Notes: generated from the sequence alone by a model not told the origin. 64,000 nucleotides of DNA from Amoebidium appalachense (GCA_963693365.1 CAVNZM010000008.1:7016830-7080829); one strand, 5' to 3'; numbered from the stretch's first letter, positions 40,424 to 54,370 are shown. Made by a program: numbers and translations.

Positions 40424-43400
40424 TGGGTGTGGGTGTGGGTGTGGGTGTGGGTGTGGGTGTGGGTGTGGGTGTGGGTGTGGGTGTGGGTGTGTGGGTGTGT
40501 GTGTGTGCGCGCACGCGTGGGGGTGTGTAGTGTGTGTGTTGAGAGGGAACCGGGTGGGGAAGGGAGGCGGGGTGGAGGTGGTATGTGTGTGTGTGCGTGT
40601 GTGCGTGTACATGTCTGTGGGTTAATAAATGTGGAGGGTGTCTTCTTGAGAGCCTGTGGTGGTGGGTGTTCCCAACTAGTGGCTAAGGATTGGCATTGGC
40701 TGGCCTCACAGCTTGCCGTGTTTGATTGGACCCAGATCAGTGCTAACCCACTCACAGGAGCTAGGGGAGCTGTATGGGGAGCTGGGCATGCAGAAGGAAG
40801 GGCTGATGCATCTGTACCGCCAGGTTTTCAGCATCACAGATGTACGTGCAAGGCGCACAGGCACATGCCCACACATCAGCAATTACATAGGCTCACATAG
40901 TCACAATTAGGCTTACACGGAGGTACACAGGCACGTGCAGCGACACTCAGTCACATAAGGGGACATACGGGGACATGCAGCACACGTTGAAATACAATGA
41001 GGCAGGCAAATGCGCGCCCACAGCATGCATGTGCATGTGCAGGCAGACGTGCATGCACTCGGCCAGGGACCAGCCAGGAGAGCCAGGCCCAGAGCAAGCA
41101 CCCTGCACATGTGCCGCACACACACCAGCCCCAGCACGTGCACAAGGCACAAAGACACACATGCCACCCACCCGGTACCCGACCATGCCAGCCCCTTCTG
41201 CCGGCTCTTCCACACGCCCACCCACACACCCATGCACGTGCACGGATGTAGATTTCCTGCCCCCCTCCCCCCCTTCCCCCGCCATCCCACCCCCCAAGCC
41301 CCACCCCCACCCCCCTGCCCTAGTTGCATCTTTGTTTCAAATTCCTGTTACTAACCTGCTGCAACCTGAACCCTCTGCCCTAGTTGCATCTTTGTTTCAA
41401 ATTCCTGTTACTAACCTGCTGCAACCTGAACCCTCTGCCCTAGTTGCATCTTTGTTTCAAATTCCTGTTACTAACCTGCTGCAACCTGAACCCTCTGCCC
41501 TAGTTGCATCTTTGTTCCAAATTCCTGTTACTAACCTGCTGCAACCTGAACCCTCTGCCCTAGTTGCATCTTTGTTTCAAATTCCTGTTACTAACCTGCT
41601 GCAACCTGAACCCTCTGCCCTGGTTGCATCTTTTTTTTCAAATTCCTGTTACTAACCTGCTGCAACCTGAACCCTCTGCCCTAGTTGCATCTTTGTTTCA
41701 AATTCCTGTTACTAACCTGCTGCAACCTGAACCCTCTGCCCTAGTTGCATCTTTGTTTCAAATTCCTGTTACTAACCTGCTGCAACCTGAACCCTCTGCC
41801 CTATTTGCATCTTTGTTCCAAATTCCTGTTACTAACCTGCTGCAACCTGAACCCTCTGCCCTAGTTGCATCTTTGTTTCAAATTCCTGTTACTAACCTGC
41901 TGCAACCTGAACCCTCTGCCCTGGTTGCATCTTTTTTTTCAAATTCCTGTTACTAACCTGCTGCAACCTGAACCGTCTGCCCTAGTTGCATCTTTGTTTC
42001 AAATTCCTGTTACTAACCTGCTGCAACCTGAACCCTCTGCCCTAGTTGCATCTTTGTTTCAAATTCCTGTTACTAACCTGCTGCAACCTGAACCCTCTGC
42101 CCTCCCACTCTGTTGGTTATGGTGTCAGCTCTCATGGGTAATCCTGCTCGTCTCTGACCATAACACGTAGCATACACATCTGCAAATGTGCAGGTGAAGC
42201 AATATCATAACACGTAGCTTACACATGTGCAAATGTTTAGGTGAAGCAATATGGGAGTTGGGTTGGTTATGTGAGATGATTGGGTCGAAACTCGGATACT
42301 TTGGAGTTCTTTGGCTGTCCTTCGTATTATTTGTGTTGTCGTGCCCTACAACACATTCTAACCCCCCCCCCCCCCCCCCCAGCCGCAATCCAAGATGGTT
42401 GTGCTTCAACAGTGTGTGGAGATGTGTGAGAAGGCACCACGGCCCGAAGAGTTGACGTTTGAAAAGACCATGATAGAGCACCACTGGGCACTGCTGGTCA
42501 GACAGCTGCCCATAGAGGTGCGTTTTTTTTTTTTTGGAGGGGGGGAGGGGGGGGGTGGAGGGGATAGGGGGGGACAGTGTCTTGTATGTGTTGGGTGGGT
42601 GTGTGCATGAGTGTGCAACAGGCAGTGCTGCAGGCATCAAGCATGTGCCACCATCTGAGTATTCCGCCATTCCATGTGCATGGCACCCACCACTGCAACA
42701 GCAATGGGCCAAGGGTGTGGGGGTGTGTTGCCGCCTTGCAGGTCCACACTCTCAACACAGACATTTGGTGGTTGGTGGGGGCTCAGTGCCTGCCTCTTGG
42801 GCGGGCCCAGGTGCAATTACACCCGCTGGAGTGGGGGGGGGGAGGGGGGGGGGGTAGTAAAGTGAGTGTACAACAAAGAAGAGGGAAGGGAGGGCACCCT
42901 AGTGGGTGAAGGCAGACACAGGGGCATGGCTGAGTGGGTGGGTGCACAGAAACACGATGCAGCTCTGGAGGAGGAGGCCAACGACAAGTTCCTATTGGCC
43001 CACCCCAGAGGGGGCTCACTGGTCGGCAGGTGCGGGGGGGGGGGGGGGAGGGGGGGGGGGGGCTGTTTAGATGGTGGTGGTGGAGGAGGGAGGGGAGGGA
43101 GGGGGGTGTGAGACTGGGTGAGGTTGGTGAGTTGGGTTGTGAGCGAGTGAGTATGAATGTGTGTGAGGATCGGGTAAGTGGGTATGGATGTGTGTGTGAG
43201 GATCGGGTAAGTGGGTATGGATGTGTGTTTGTTGATAGGGGTTGTAGGTGTGTGGGCCGGAATGTTTTTGGGGTTGCGTGGTTGGGCGAGTGTGTATGCC
43301 AGTCTGTGTGTGTGTGTTTGGGGGGAGGGGAGGGGGGGAGGAGGGGGACAGATTGCCCATGCCTGTGTGGGTGGGTGCCTGGGTTGGAAGGCATGGGTGT

Positions 43401-45055
43401 TTGCGGTTGGGTGCATGGTCGTGTGTGTGGCTCTGCGTGAGACGGTGTCTGTATGTGGGGGGGGTTGGTGGATGTGAGGGTGTGTGTTGAAAGGAGGAGG
43501 CACACGTGGTGGTGCGAGAAAGGGGAGGGGAAGGGGGTGAACGGGGGGGGGGGGGGGGGGGGGGGGAGGTTTTTTTGAGTCCAGCCTCTTGCCCTTCTTA
43601 TATCTGACTTTGCTGTTGACACGCTCTACTACTGCCTCTTCTACCACTATCTGACTTTGACCCAATCAGGAGTGTTGTTGACACGCATTACTATCGCCTC
43701 TTCTACCACTATCTGACTTTGACCCAATCAGGAGTGTTGTTGACACGCTCTACTACTGCCTCTTCTACCACTATTTGGCCCCAGAGGACCGTCTCAGTTC
43801 TCCTGTAGCCATCCAAAAGGCCTTCGATGTATGTATCCGCCCTCCCCCTGCGTGTTTTGTTATGCTTTGGGCTTGTTTGGCCTGTTGTGTGCTGCATGTG
43901 AGCATGGCTTTGTGTGCACTGCTCGTGACCTACCCATGTACCTGCACGGCGCAAGCAAGGTGCAGACCTTGGTCCTGAGAAAGTAAGGACGGGGAGTTGC
44001 AATCGGCCTGTTTTTTTTTGGGGTGTGTGTGCATGGTGCGTGTATATATGCATTGTCTGAGTGCACCCTTGTGCTGTGTTTGTGTGTCTGCGTGTGTGTG
44101 CCATGTGCATATGTCTGCCTGTGTGTTGTGAATGGCTCCGTGCTGACTGTGTGCCTGTATGTGTGCAGGTATCGGAGAAGCAGTACGTGTGGACTGCAAC
44201 CGAGGCACGGGCAGCACTGCGGGACTGGAAGACACTGCAGGTGGGGGAAGGGGGGGGGGGGGGGGGGGGGGGGGGGGTGATTGTACGGGTGGGGGTGGTT
44301 GTATGGGGGAGAGGGGGGGGGAGGGGGGGGGCACTGCACGGGTGGTGGGGGGTGCATGGATGTGCAAGGCAGGCACGTGCTGGGCTGTGGGTCAGTGTAA
44401 GGGCACAATTGACATGGATCTGTCGGCCGGCATGTGGGGTGGGGCGTGTCAAGTGTGGCCCTGGTTGTGTGTTGCACAGCCCCATGCACGTGCTCACTGA
44501 CACGGGGGCATCAGAGCCTGTTTGTGGTCAAGGGCAGCATGTTCAAGCCCGACTACCGGGAGGTGATCATTGGCCACGAGAATCTGATCTACATCCTGGC
44601 ACGGCACAAGGCCCCCATGCAGGTCCGTGCGTGGGTGTGGGTGTGTAGGCCGGTCTAGGAGTGTGTTGTATGTCTGTGTCTTTTGAAAAGGGGAAGGGGG
44701 GGGGGGGGGGGGGGGGGGGGGGAGTAAGAGGGTTGGGGGGGAAGGGGCAGGGGGGCGGGGGGGGAGGGGAGGGGGAGGTGAAGGCAGGGGTGGAGGATGG
44801 GTGGATTCCCGCAGGAGTGAAGGAGAAAGGGAGGAGGGGAGGTGTTGGGGCAGTATGTGTCTGTGTGTGTGTGTGTTGGAGGGGGGGGAGGGGGGGGGGG
44901 GGGGCTGCCGGTTATATTCTATGAGAGAGTGGGCGGGAGACTGATGGTGCCCATGGATGGGCTGAGGCATGCCAGCAGAGGGCGGATGTGTTTGTGTGGG
45001 TGCCTGTGCCTGTGTCTGTGCCTGTGTCTGTGCTTGTGTGGGTGCCTGTGCCTGT

Positions 45056-45098
<43 letters not shown>

Positions 45099-45234
45099 GT
45101 GTGTGTGTGTATCTGCGCCTGTGTGTGTGCTGACCCCCCCCTGCAGCTCGTCAAGCTGTTCCTGGAGGACATCAAAGACAAGATGCAGCGCTACCACGTG
45201 GCTGTGAGGGTCAACTGCGTGCCCGTGGTCATAC

Positions 45235-45289
<55 letters not shown>

Positions 45290-45715
45290 CGCGCGCGCGT
45301 GTGCATCTGTGAAAGGTGTACGTGCCCCTGTAGGGTGTGTGTATGAGGGATACTTATGTTTGGGATGTGTATATTTTTGTGCGTGTTTCTTCGTGGTGTA
45401 TCCCATGGTCTGTTTTGCCCATGCACCCACACGTACATGCACAGGTGCACGTGCCTGTTGGGACATCTGCACGTGTGTCTTTACCTCGTGCATGCGCCCA
45501 CTCCATGACACACACACACACACACACAGGCCAGCATTACCCAAAGAAAATTCCATGCACCCATTTAACCCACTACCCCCCAGACGCTGCACGAGATGAA
45601 GGACTCCAAGGGCTTAGCCGAGTATCGTGATTGGCTGAGAAAGGACCCCCACCCCAGTGACGAGACACTCAAGTTCATACGGGTGCTGGATGAGTGCCTG
45701 GCCCAGTACCGCTAA
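34577..45715 (+). CDS. VIPAS39: VIPAS39 / Spe-39 / Vps16B (Vps33B partner), ~17 exons
   Basis: [99 protein letters not shown] match recalled Spe-39 motifs. The low-complexity N-terminal exons join in phase. TAA at 45713-45715. The start is less certain. Confidence 0.88.
37345..37932 (+). repeat. Two adjacent intronic minisatellites (~4 x 45 bp, then ~14 x 26 bp)
   Basis: The 26-bp unit is gtgcctgtgtgtttgcgcatgtaccc. It ends ~30 bp before the acceptor at ~37959. Confidence 0.9.
41312..42103 (+). repeat. Intronic tandem array, ~13 x 60 bp, each unit containing TACTAAC
   Basis: Unit ccctctgccctagttgcatctttgtttcaaattcctgttactaacctgctgcaacctgaa, in near-identical copies. Confidence 0.97.
43601..43774 (+). 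repeat. 62-bp tandem copies of a VIPAS39 branch point + acceptor + exon start
   Basis: Unit ctgactttgacccaatcag|gagtgttgttgacacgctctactactgcctcttctaccactat at 43651 and 43713, plus an internally deleted copy at 43604. Confidence 0.92.
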
Positions 45716-46035
45716 AAATAGCCATATGCACTATCTATAGACACTCAAGTTCGTAAGGGTGTGCTGGATGAGTGCCTGGCCCAGTACCGCTAAAAATAGG
45801 TTAATGCGCTATTCATAGACACTCAATGTCATAAGGGTGCTGGATGAGCCTGGCCCAGTACCGCTTAAAATAGCCATATGCACTATTTATAGACACTCAA
45901 GTTCGTAAGGGTGCTGGATAAGTGCCTGGCCCAGTACCGCTAAAAATAGCCATATGCACTATTTATAGACGATCAAGTTCATACGGGTGCTGGATGAGTG
46001 TCTGGCCCAGTACGGCTAAAAATAGTCTATTGCAC
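45663..46035 (+). repeat. 5 x 74-78 bp tandem copies of the VIPAS39 C-terminal codons, stop codon and proximal 3' UTR
   Basis: Units start at about 45663, 45739, 45817, 45891 and 45967: agacactcaagttc..gtgctggatgagtgcctggcccagtaccgcTAAaaatag. Confidence 0.95.
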
Positions 46036-46796
46036 TAATCATAGCTGTGTTGTGCAGACGTAGGTCCATCAATAGGGGCAAGAGGAATGTGTAGGTGAAG
46101 GGGGGGGGGGGGGGGGGGGGGGGGTGTTTGTTCTTCAAGGGTCTGTGTTTTGGTTTGTTTTTGAAGATGATATGGACAGTTCAAAAGGCCAACTGGGAGA
46201 GATGTGTGTGGTGAGCACCACCTGTATATTCTAAAGGCACCAACACGTATGTACATAGCAGTCCCCTTCCGATCGAATGACCTATGCAATACGCAAAATA
46301 AACACCCCGTACCACGATGCATAAACACAGATCTGCGCTTCAGGATAAAAGCCTTCCCCCCCCCCCCCCCCCCACCACCACCACCACCACCACCACGTGC
46401 ACCACCACCATCACCACACACACACACACACACACACACAGATGTACACAATCTGAAATTGAAGGTACCGATACACTAAGGCGTTCAGAAAGGAAGTTCG
46501 GTACCATTGTGTCGGGCATTCGGAAGGTACGTCGTAAGGCTCCGTCCGGACATTGAGTGCACCCAAATACACATGTGCACCTGAATGGCATTCTATGCGT
46601 ACTGTAGCACTAGTCGTGCAGTTGGTGTGGGGTGTGTCAGGTTACAAATTTCTTGAACTTACGCAAAAAGTTTACTGTTGTATTGCCACCGGCAAGGCCA
46701 TCAACCCCGCTTTATTCATGTGCATTCATAAAATCCTTGCGTGTGTGCCAGCGCTATGGATTGCTTCGTCGGCTTGTACATGTACCAAAACGGTTG

Positions 46797-46830
<34 letters not shown>

Positions 46831-47531
46831 TGTGTGTGTCTGTGTATGTTAATATAATCGTCGCTCATGTCAAGTCCTATAGGATATTTGTGGCGTAAGG
46901 TGTGACTGCTTGCAAGTGCTTGTGTACATATATGCATGCGTGTGGACGTGCTGCAATCTCTGCCAGAGACGTACGCGTGTCAGGATATGCATGAGTGCGC
47001 ACTGTACACCTTTGCTAGTATATATGCATGTGCAACAATATCTGCCTGTGCGTGCCACACATGTCCAGACTTGCAAGGAATCTTGCACCGAGATCACGAG
47101 CATGCGACAGGTCTGCATGATCCTTAGCCAAATGGCCGTGCACTGCTAAATATAGCCCACCAGGGGCCTGTTGTTCATTAAAGATCCTTCATGCGCCCCA
47201 CAGGCCTAGCCATGCGGTGTCCACCACCCGCTGTACAGTTGCCATATATGGGTGGGTACATATGTGCCAGCGTCTCATGCGTTAATAAATGGTCCCCCCC
47301 AAAAATAAATAAAATAATAAATAAATAAATAAATAAATAAATAATCGAACATATTACCACGCACACACGCATTCACATCCACATCGCTCTAGCCTACCCC
47401 TCCCACTCCACTAACCCCACCCCGCAAGCTGCAAGCATACTTCAAGTTGATCGTTCAAATAAGTCAACACATTTCCACCTTACTAGCAATGTGAGTCCCT
47501 GTTACCCGCATCATGTGTCCCATATCTCCGC

Positions 47532-47676
47532 CTAGTGGATGATGCAGGGCAGCAGCAGCCCACCGCATACCGATGCAAGGATCATGTAGGCCACAAGCTG
47601 TGGAGGGGGGGGGGGGGGGGGGTCAGTGTGTTTTGTTGTCATCATGCATGTGTGTGTGCGTGCGTGTGTGTGTGTT

Positions 47677-47709
<33 letters not shown>

Positions 47710-47721
47710 TGTGCATGTGTG

Positions 47722-47793
<72 letters not shown>

Positions 47794-48428
47794 GAGGGAG
47801 GGGGGAGGGGGGGAGGCATCCTGTATGAAGCAATGTAGAAAGTCATGCGGAATTGCAAAAAAGAGCACACACGGTTGTGCATGTGGGCTGTGCTTGAAAC
47901 TCCCGTGGAGTGCACACTAATGGTGATTGTGTGTTCCCTTTCCCGCCTGTGTATATCCTCACATGTGGCGTGGTGTGAAAGGACGTGTATAGCGGAGTGT
48001 AGGCACGCATTTGGCTTTGTGTGGTGGCAGCTACCTTAACGATGTGTGTGTTGTACGTGACAACTATCTTTGCACTCCCAGTCTTGTGTGAGAACATGCG
48101 GGCATATCTGCCTGCCTGTTTGAAAAGATCGTTCATAGATGCCTATGAACACGTGTGTGGGGAGGGCAGGGCAGTGGGCGTTTTCACATGTGTGTTTGCA
48201 TGTGTGTGTGCCCGTGTGCTTGCCCGTGTGTGTGTGTGTGCTTGTGTGTGTGTGTGTCAATGCAGCACATGTGTGTGTGTGTATGGCATGCATATGTACA
48301 CCAGCACGTTTGTGTGCGCGCGCGTGTGTGCCCCGCATGTGTGAGTGTTCATGTTTTGTGTGCCTCCATGTACGTGCACACACGTGTGCGTGCACAGTGG
48401 GTGTTTTGAGTGTGTGGGTGTGTATTTT

Positions 48429-48514
<86 letters not shown>

Positions 48515-49115
48515 TGTGTGTGTGCCTGCATGTGCACACGCACCAGTATGACCAGGAACAGCAGGCATGCCATCTTCTTGTTAGCCCACCATGCCTGGCG
48601 CCTCAGTGCCTGTGTCTTCTTCTTGAACTGGAACCCCTGCTGGTTGAGCGTCTCTGTCTTGTCTACCAATAGCTCGATGTGTTCCCCACGCTGCAGCACT
48701 TTCTCTGTGCATAACATCAGTAACAGGGCACACACACAGGATTAGACATGCACAAACATGCATGCACAGGAACACAAGAGCACGAATACAGGCACAACAA
48801 CCACACAGAACACCACAAGGTGTGATTGCAAGTACATGCACGTAGAGGACACACACGCCCACAAGCCACACATGTGTGCATCTACCACGTGTTGTGTGCC
48901 TGCGAGGTATGTATGTATGGCTATTGTCTGTGCCAGGCCCATGTCCCGTAGCCACAGAACCTCTCCTTAATCACAAAGCCACACATGTATGTGTGCATCT
49001 ACCACGTGTTTTGTGCCTGCGAGGTATGTATGTATGGCTATTGTCTGTGCCAGGCCCATGTCCCGTAGCCACAGAACCTCTCCTTAATCACGCACACATC
49101 TCCAAGTGGGTGCAT

Positions 49116-49159
<44 letters not shown>

Positions 49160-49893
49160 CAGGCAGCAGTGTGCACGTGTCTATACTTGTCGTACACATG
49201 CACAGGTGAACATGCATGTGCCTGTGCCTGTGCTCTGTATATGCGAGTGTGTGTGTGTGTGCATATGTGCGTGTGCCTGTGTGCAAGCAGGCATGTGTAT
49301 ATGCATGTGTATGTGTGTTTATGTGCATGTTCCCGTGTGTTTGTGTTGGGACACGCGCATGTCTGTGTGTGCACTTTCATGTGTGTGTATGTGGGTTTGC
49401 GTGTATGTGCACGGGTGTGTATGTGGTGTGTATGTGTGTGGTACATGTGAGTGTGAGAATGTATGTGTTTTTCTGTTGCTGTGTTTGTGAGTGTGTGTGT
49501 GCTTGTGCGAGCCTTTGTTATGTGTCACCGTGTAAGCGTGTGTGTGTCTGCATGTGTGTGTGTCCATGTGTGTGTCGGTGTGTGTGCCTGCATGTGCACG
49601 TGCACATACCTATATTCTCGACCATAACCTTCTTCACTTCGTCTATCTCTCCCTGCACCTGTGCCCACACCGCACCCATCAGCACTCACATATTCCAGAA
49701 CCCGACTAAGTTAACAACGGGTACTGGTGGTGGACCACTGGTGGTGATACCTTTTTTGGGGGGGGGGGAGGGGGGCTAATTTCTTGGGAGTGTGGGGTGT
49801 TTTCGTTGTTCAGCCATGACGAGGTGTTTTTGCTGCAAAGCTTAACCAGGTGATAGGTAGGCTTGCTTGTCTCTGTGTGCAAGTAGAGCATTG

Positions 49894-49931
<38 letters not shown>

Positions 49932-50008
49932 AGTACATAACATGTTGAGGTCTATCTTGCCCTCTCGTTTGCATTGTCGTTTTTCCACGCAGCGGGGGGG
50001 GAGGGAGG

Positions 50009-50046
<38 letters not shown>

Positions 50047-50489
50047 AGCAGCATGAACCTGGCTGATGCGGTCAGCATTAGGGTTGTACGAGTAGTAGTC
50101 CATCTGATACTGCAGCACCTTGCTGAACTCAAGATTGAAGGCCCCCTCGGTGGCCGTGGATGCACGTGCTCCATACACGGCCTCAAACCGCCCCCTAATC
50201 TCCTCGAGAAACGCAAAGGCTATGCGTCGGGGGAACTTCTCATCGGCCATGCACAGATACACAAGCCCATTCTGGACTACGTAGTGGAACAGATACCTGT
50301 TTGGGGGGGGGGGGGGGGGGGGTTGAGTGGACGACAGGGTGTGTGTGTTAGGGGGGGGGGGGGGGGGAGGGGGAGGGGGAGGGGAAGGGGGGGGAGTGTG
50401 TGTGTGGTGTGCGTGTGGATGAGTGGGTGGGTGTGCCATGTGTGTGTGCGTGTGTGTGCATGTGTGTGTGCGTGTGTGTGCGTGCATGC

Positions 50490-50520
<31 letters not shown>

Positions 50521-51459
50521 CGTGTGCGTGTGTGTGTGTGTGTGTGTATGTGTGTACGTGTTTGTCTTGGTCTGTGCCAGTTCTGCATGTGTGTGTGTGT
50601 GTGTGTGCGTGCGTGCGCGTGTGCGTGTGCGTGTGTGTGTGTGTGTGCCTGTGCGTGTGCGTGTGCGTGTGTGTGTGTACGTGTTTGTCTTGGGCTGTGC
50701 CAGTTCTGTGTGTGCCAGTTTAGCAGACATAGGTGGTTATGCTGTATGTGTTTCTTGGCATTGAAAGGACTTAGGTCAAGGAAAGGCCGGGGAGGTTGGG
50801 GGGAGTGAGAGAAGGGGGGGGACGCGACGGGGGGAGGGGGGGGGGGGGGGGTTTGAATGCGGAACACGGTACGAAGTACGCATACACGACGAGAAGCATG
50901 CTGCAGGACACATGCAAAGGCAAATATTCAAGTATGCAACATCAGCCATGTGCACAGTATGCGTTATAAGCAGAGCCCATCCTCAGGGAGAACCCAGGGG
51001 GGGGGGGGGGGAAGGAGGGGGATCAAGTGTGTCCGGGTGAGGAAAGAATGCATGTGACAGCTTGCGTGAGGCTGAGGAGAGTTAGAGCGTTTGTGCAACT
51101 GTGTTACACATATTAAGGTCAGTGTATACACATGTGCAAGGCCTAGGCAAAGCACCTATGTACACATCACGTGCAGCCATGTCAAGATCCATGTGTATAC
51201 AAGTGAAATGTACGAGAACCCGTGCGCCTACGTGCATCCCTGTGCGCACTTGTGCCTGGAATTTCACCCACTACATTCCTCACACACCAATACTTGCACA
51301 CAACGGCGCGTACCTGTCATAGATGTAGGACATCTTTGCGTTGTGGGGGGGCAGCTTCTCGAGGATTATCTGTGTGATCTGTGTAAAGTTGCCGGTGCTG
51401 TTTGTGTACTCGGCCAGCACCGTGGCCCCGTGGGCCACCACGCAGTATATGATCGGCAT
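47532..51459 (-). CDS. VAMP7: Longin R-SNARE VAMP7, 5 exons
   Basis: [54 protein letters not shown] (longin), [33 protein letters not shown] (R-SNARE), then WWANKK, a transmembrane segment and CGG..C. Confidence 0.97.
48866..49090. repeat. Intronic direct duplication of ~120 bp
   Basis: tgtgtgcatctaccacgtg..gccacagaacctctccttaatcac occurs twice. Confidence 0.9.
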
Positions 51460-53204
51460 AGTGCTGCGCCCTGCCCCCAGCCTCAGCATAGCCCGCACCC
51501 CCCTACCCCCCTCCTCCCCAACTCTCCTCCCCAAGACCCCCCCCCCCCCCCCCCCCCCCCTCCCCCATACTAACCAACCCCCACCCATCCCCACGCCCCC
51601 GCCCCCTCCCCTTCCCCCCTACCCGCCCCCTCTTCCCCCTACTCCGTCACGCTTGCTTCTGCCCACTCTTCTCCGTGGCCCTCGTGTTCACACACATCTC
51701 TCTTCGTGCACCTTCACACAGGCACGCGTTCCTCACTGTCTGGCGCCCCTCAGCCACTTGCCATTATTTTCACCCTTTTCCCTTCCATGAGCTGTGCGCA
51801 TACCTTGCTCGGGGTTTGCTGTGTGGTGACAGTGTGGTGTCTGCGTGTCCTTATTCTGTGTCTTCGACCCGGTATCGCGCCACTGTAACAGTGTATCTAA
51901 AGAAGCAGTGGGCGCCTTCATAGAACCGGTGGATTTAATAGTTCGTATATGGCAATAGCGCGCATTACAAGCGAAGAGATGCATCCTCTGCATTGTGGAT
52001 GTCGGCCAGCTAGGTAGGAGCCACGGCTCTGGCTGCTCTTGCTAAGACTTGCCTCCGGATCTGGTCCAGGGGCATGTTATTCTTAGGTGTGCCTGTGCCC
52101 TAATCAGGAGCCAGCCAACACTGCGCCATGCACACAACCGTTACTGGGGCATGCCTAATGCTTTGCCAGGCTGCAAGTGGCACCAAAGCGCCTACTGAAA
52201 TGCTTGCTTGTGTGGCAGTCACCATGTGCGTGCTTGTGTGGCAGTCACCATGTGCATGCTTGTGTGGCAGTCACCATGTGCATGCTTGTGTGGCAATCAC
52301 CACGGCCAGTGGCCAATGTGCAGTCAATTGCAGCGCACAGGACTAGTCGTGACGGGGGAGGAAGCAACTTCAGTGCTGTAGCCAGGCATGTATACGTATT
52401 TGCGCGTGGATGTATGTGTGCGCACATCAGCCACCCTCCTTAAGCACAGCAGTGCACAGTATGGCACATTGTCATAAATCCAGGTTATGTGGCCATACAT
52501 ACACAAGCATGGCCCATCAACATTAGAGGCAGGCACGGTTCTGCCGGCCAACAACTTGGCATGCGCACCAATTGGCCTCAGCGCCGCACAGGCAGTGTTG
52601 CAGCCTCAGGACAAAACTTCTCGTTGCACCCACTGGAATTTGTTCAATGTTTTTTTTGACCTTTTTTTTTTGTGGGGGGGGGGGGGGGGGGGGGGGGGGG
52701 AAGATTACTTTCTCCACTGCCAGTGCTACTGCTATCACGAACTACTGCTATCAAGTAGTGATTTTGGCCTTTTTGGGGGGGGGGGGGGGGGGGATACTTT
52801 CTCCACTGCCAGTGCTACTGCTATCACGTAGTGATTATCAAATACGCTCATGGGGGGTCTGAGACTCTTGAGTGCTATTGCAGAAGCGAATAACCGCACG
52901 AAGAGTTGGAGTGCAGGCAGGCATTATATGCATGAGGGGGACACCCTCGAGGGCTTGGCAGGTTGGGGCCGGGCAAGGGGGGGGGGGGGGGGTCCACGAT
53001 AGCAGCACACCGCACAGGCGCTGTTCAGTTCCGAGCACATTCATTTCCATGTTCTCGTTCTGTCCACAACATGTGGACACTGTGCCCGCGCCCCACCAGG
53101 GGGCAGCATGGCCAATCTTAGTGTCTGGCTGTCTAGCAGAGGGGAGGGTCTTGGCCGGTGGCGCATCCACGGTCGCTTGCAGCGCCATGGCCTGGGCCTG
53201 CCAC

Positions 53205-53244
53205 TTGCCATATCGGGCAGGTGCCGTACTGCCCGATATGGCAA
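53205..53244. other. Perfect 16-bp-stem hairpin
   Basis: ttgccatatcgggcag-gtgccgta-ctgcccgatatggcaa. Confidence 0.9.
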
Positions 53245-53546
53245 CACAATACAACATCCCCTTCTACCCTCTACTGTCTCTAAGGCCTGGGTACCTGCCC
53301 GTGCCATTAATAAATGAGTCCGCGCGATAAAAGACAAAATGAGAGTATTATATTCTATTAACAACATGAATCTTCGTTCCATATATATATTCAATGAACA
53401 CACTGACTTCGTTCTACCCCTCGCCCACCATGCTAACAATAATCGATAAACACACAGCCAATTTATGACTCAGCTAGTTCAGGGCTTCTGAGTACGGTGT
53501 GATCATGACTACATGTGAATGTGTGAATACGGTTTGGCTACTTGTG

Positions 53547-53597
<51 letters not shown>

Positions 53598-53734
53598 GTA
53601 TATATGTGTGTGTGTGTGTGTGTGCGTGTGTGCGTGTGTGTGTATGTATATATGAATACGGTTTGGCTACTTGTGACATGATATATATGTGTGTGAATAC
53701 GGTGAGAATATACGCGCATGGTGGGGTCCTTCTT

Positions 53735-54339
53735 TCACTGCCTGCCGGCCAGTTGTTGCTGCATGCGTTGCAGCCGCTCCCAGCGTTCCTGCGCACCCAA
53801 CACACCGTGAGCCATTGTCCTGTCTGCACAAAAAAAACTAAAGTTGCACAGGCTAACGTTTACAAATTGTATCTACTGTGCAAACTAAGCACAAGCTAAG
53901 AATCGGCAGCTAATATTGCGCAGAACGGAGACATGAGAGAGAGGTCTAATAACTTCCAATTGGTGTTTTTGAGCACGGCACAGGGCCCAAGTACCAACAT
54001 GGTATGTTTCGTGTGCAGGAAAGAGGCGCGCGCGCGTGTGTGTAGGGGGGCAGGGAGGGGTCTGAACTCACCCTCAGGCGGATGCCCTCCTTCATGGCCC
54101 TGTCCTTTGCCTTCTTTAGGTCTGCCTGCTGCCGCTTGAGCTCATCGATCTTGGCCTTGGCCTCCTTGAGGATCATGATCTGGGGGGTTGGCTCACGTGA
54201 GGATGGGCGCCAGAGGGGTGTAGTGCCACGGCAGGCAGAGGGGTGTAGTGCCACGGCAGGCATGGGTCATGCAATCAGGGGGATGGATATGTTATTAGAA
54301 GATATATCGTGTCCTGTTGATAGTGGCAAATGACACCTT

Positions 54340-54370
<31 letters not shown>

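Noticed and set aside
53094-53108. CTCF-like motif ccaccagggggcagc
   Set aside because: CTCF is bilaterian-specific, and one match in GC-rich DNA is not evidence.
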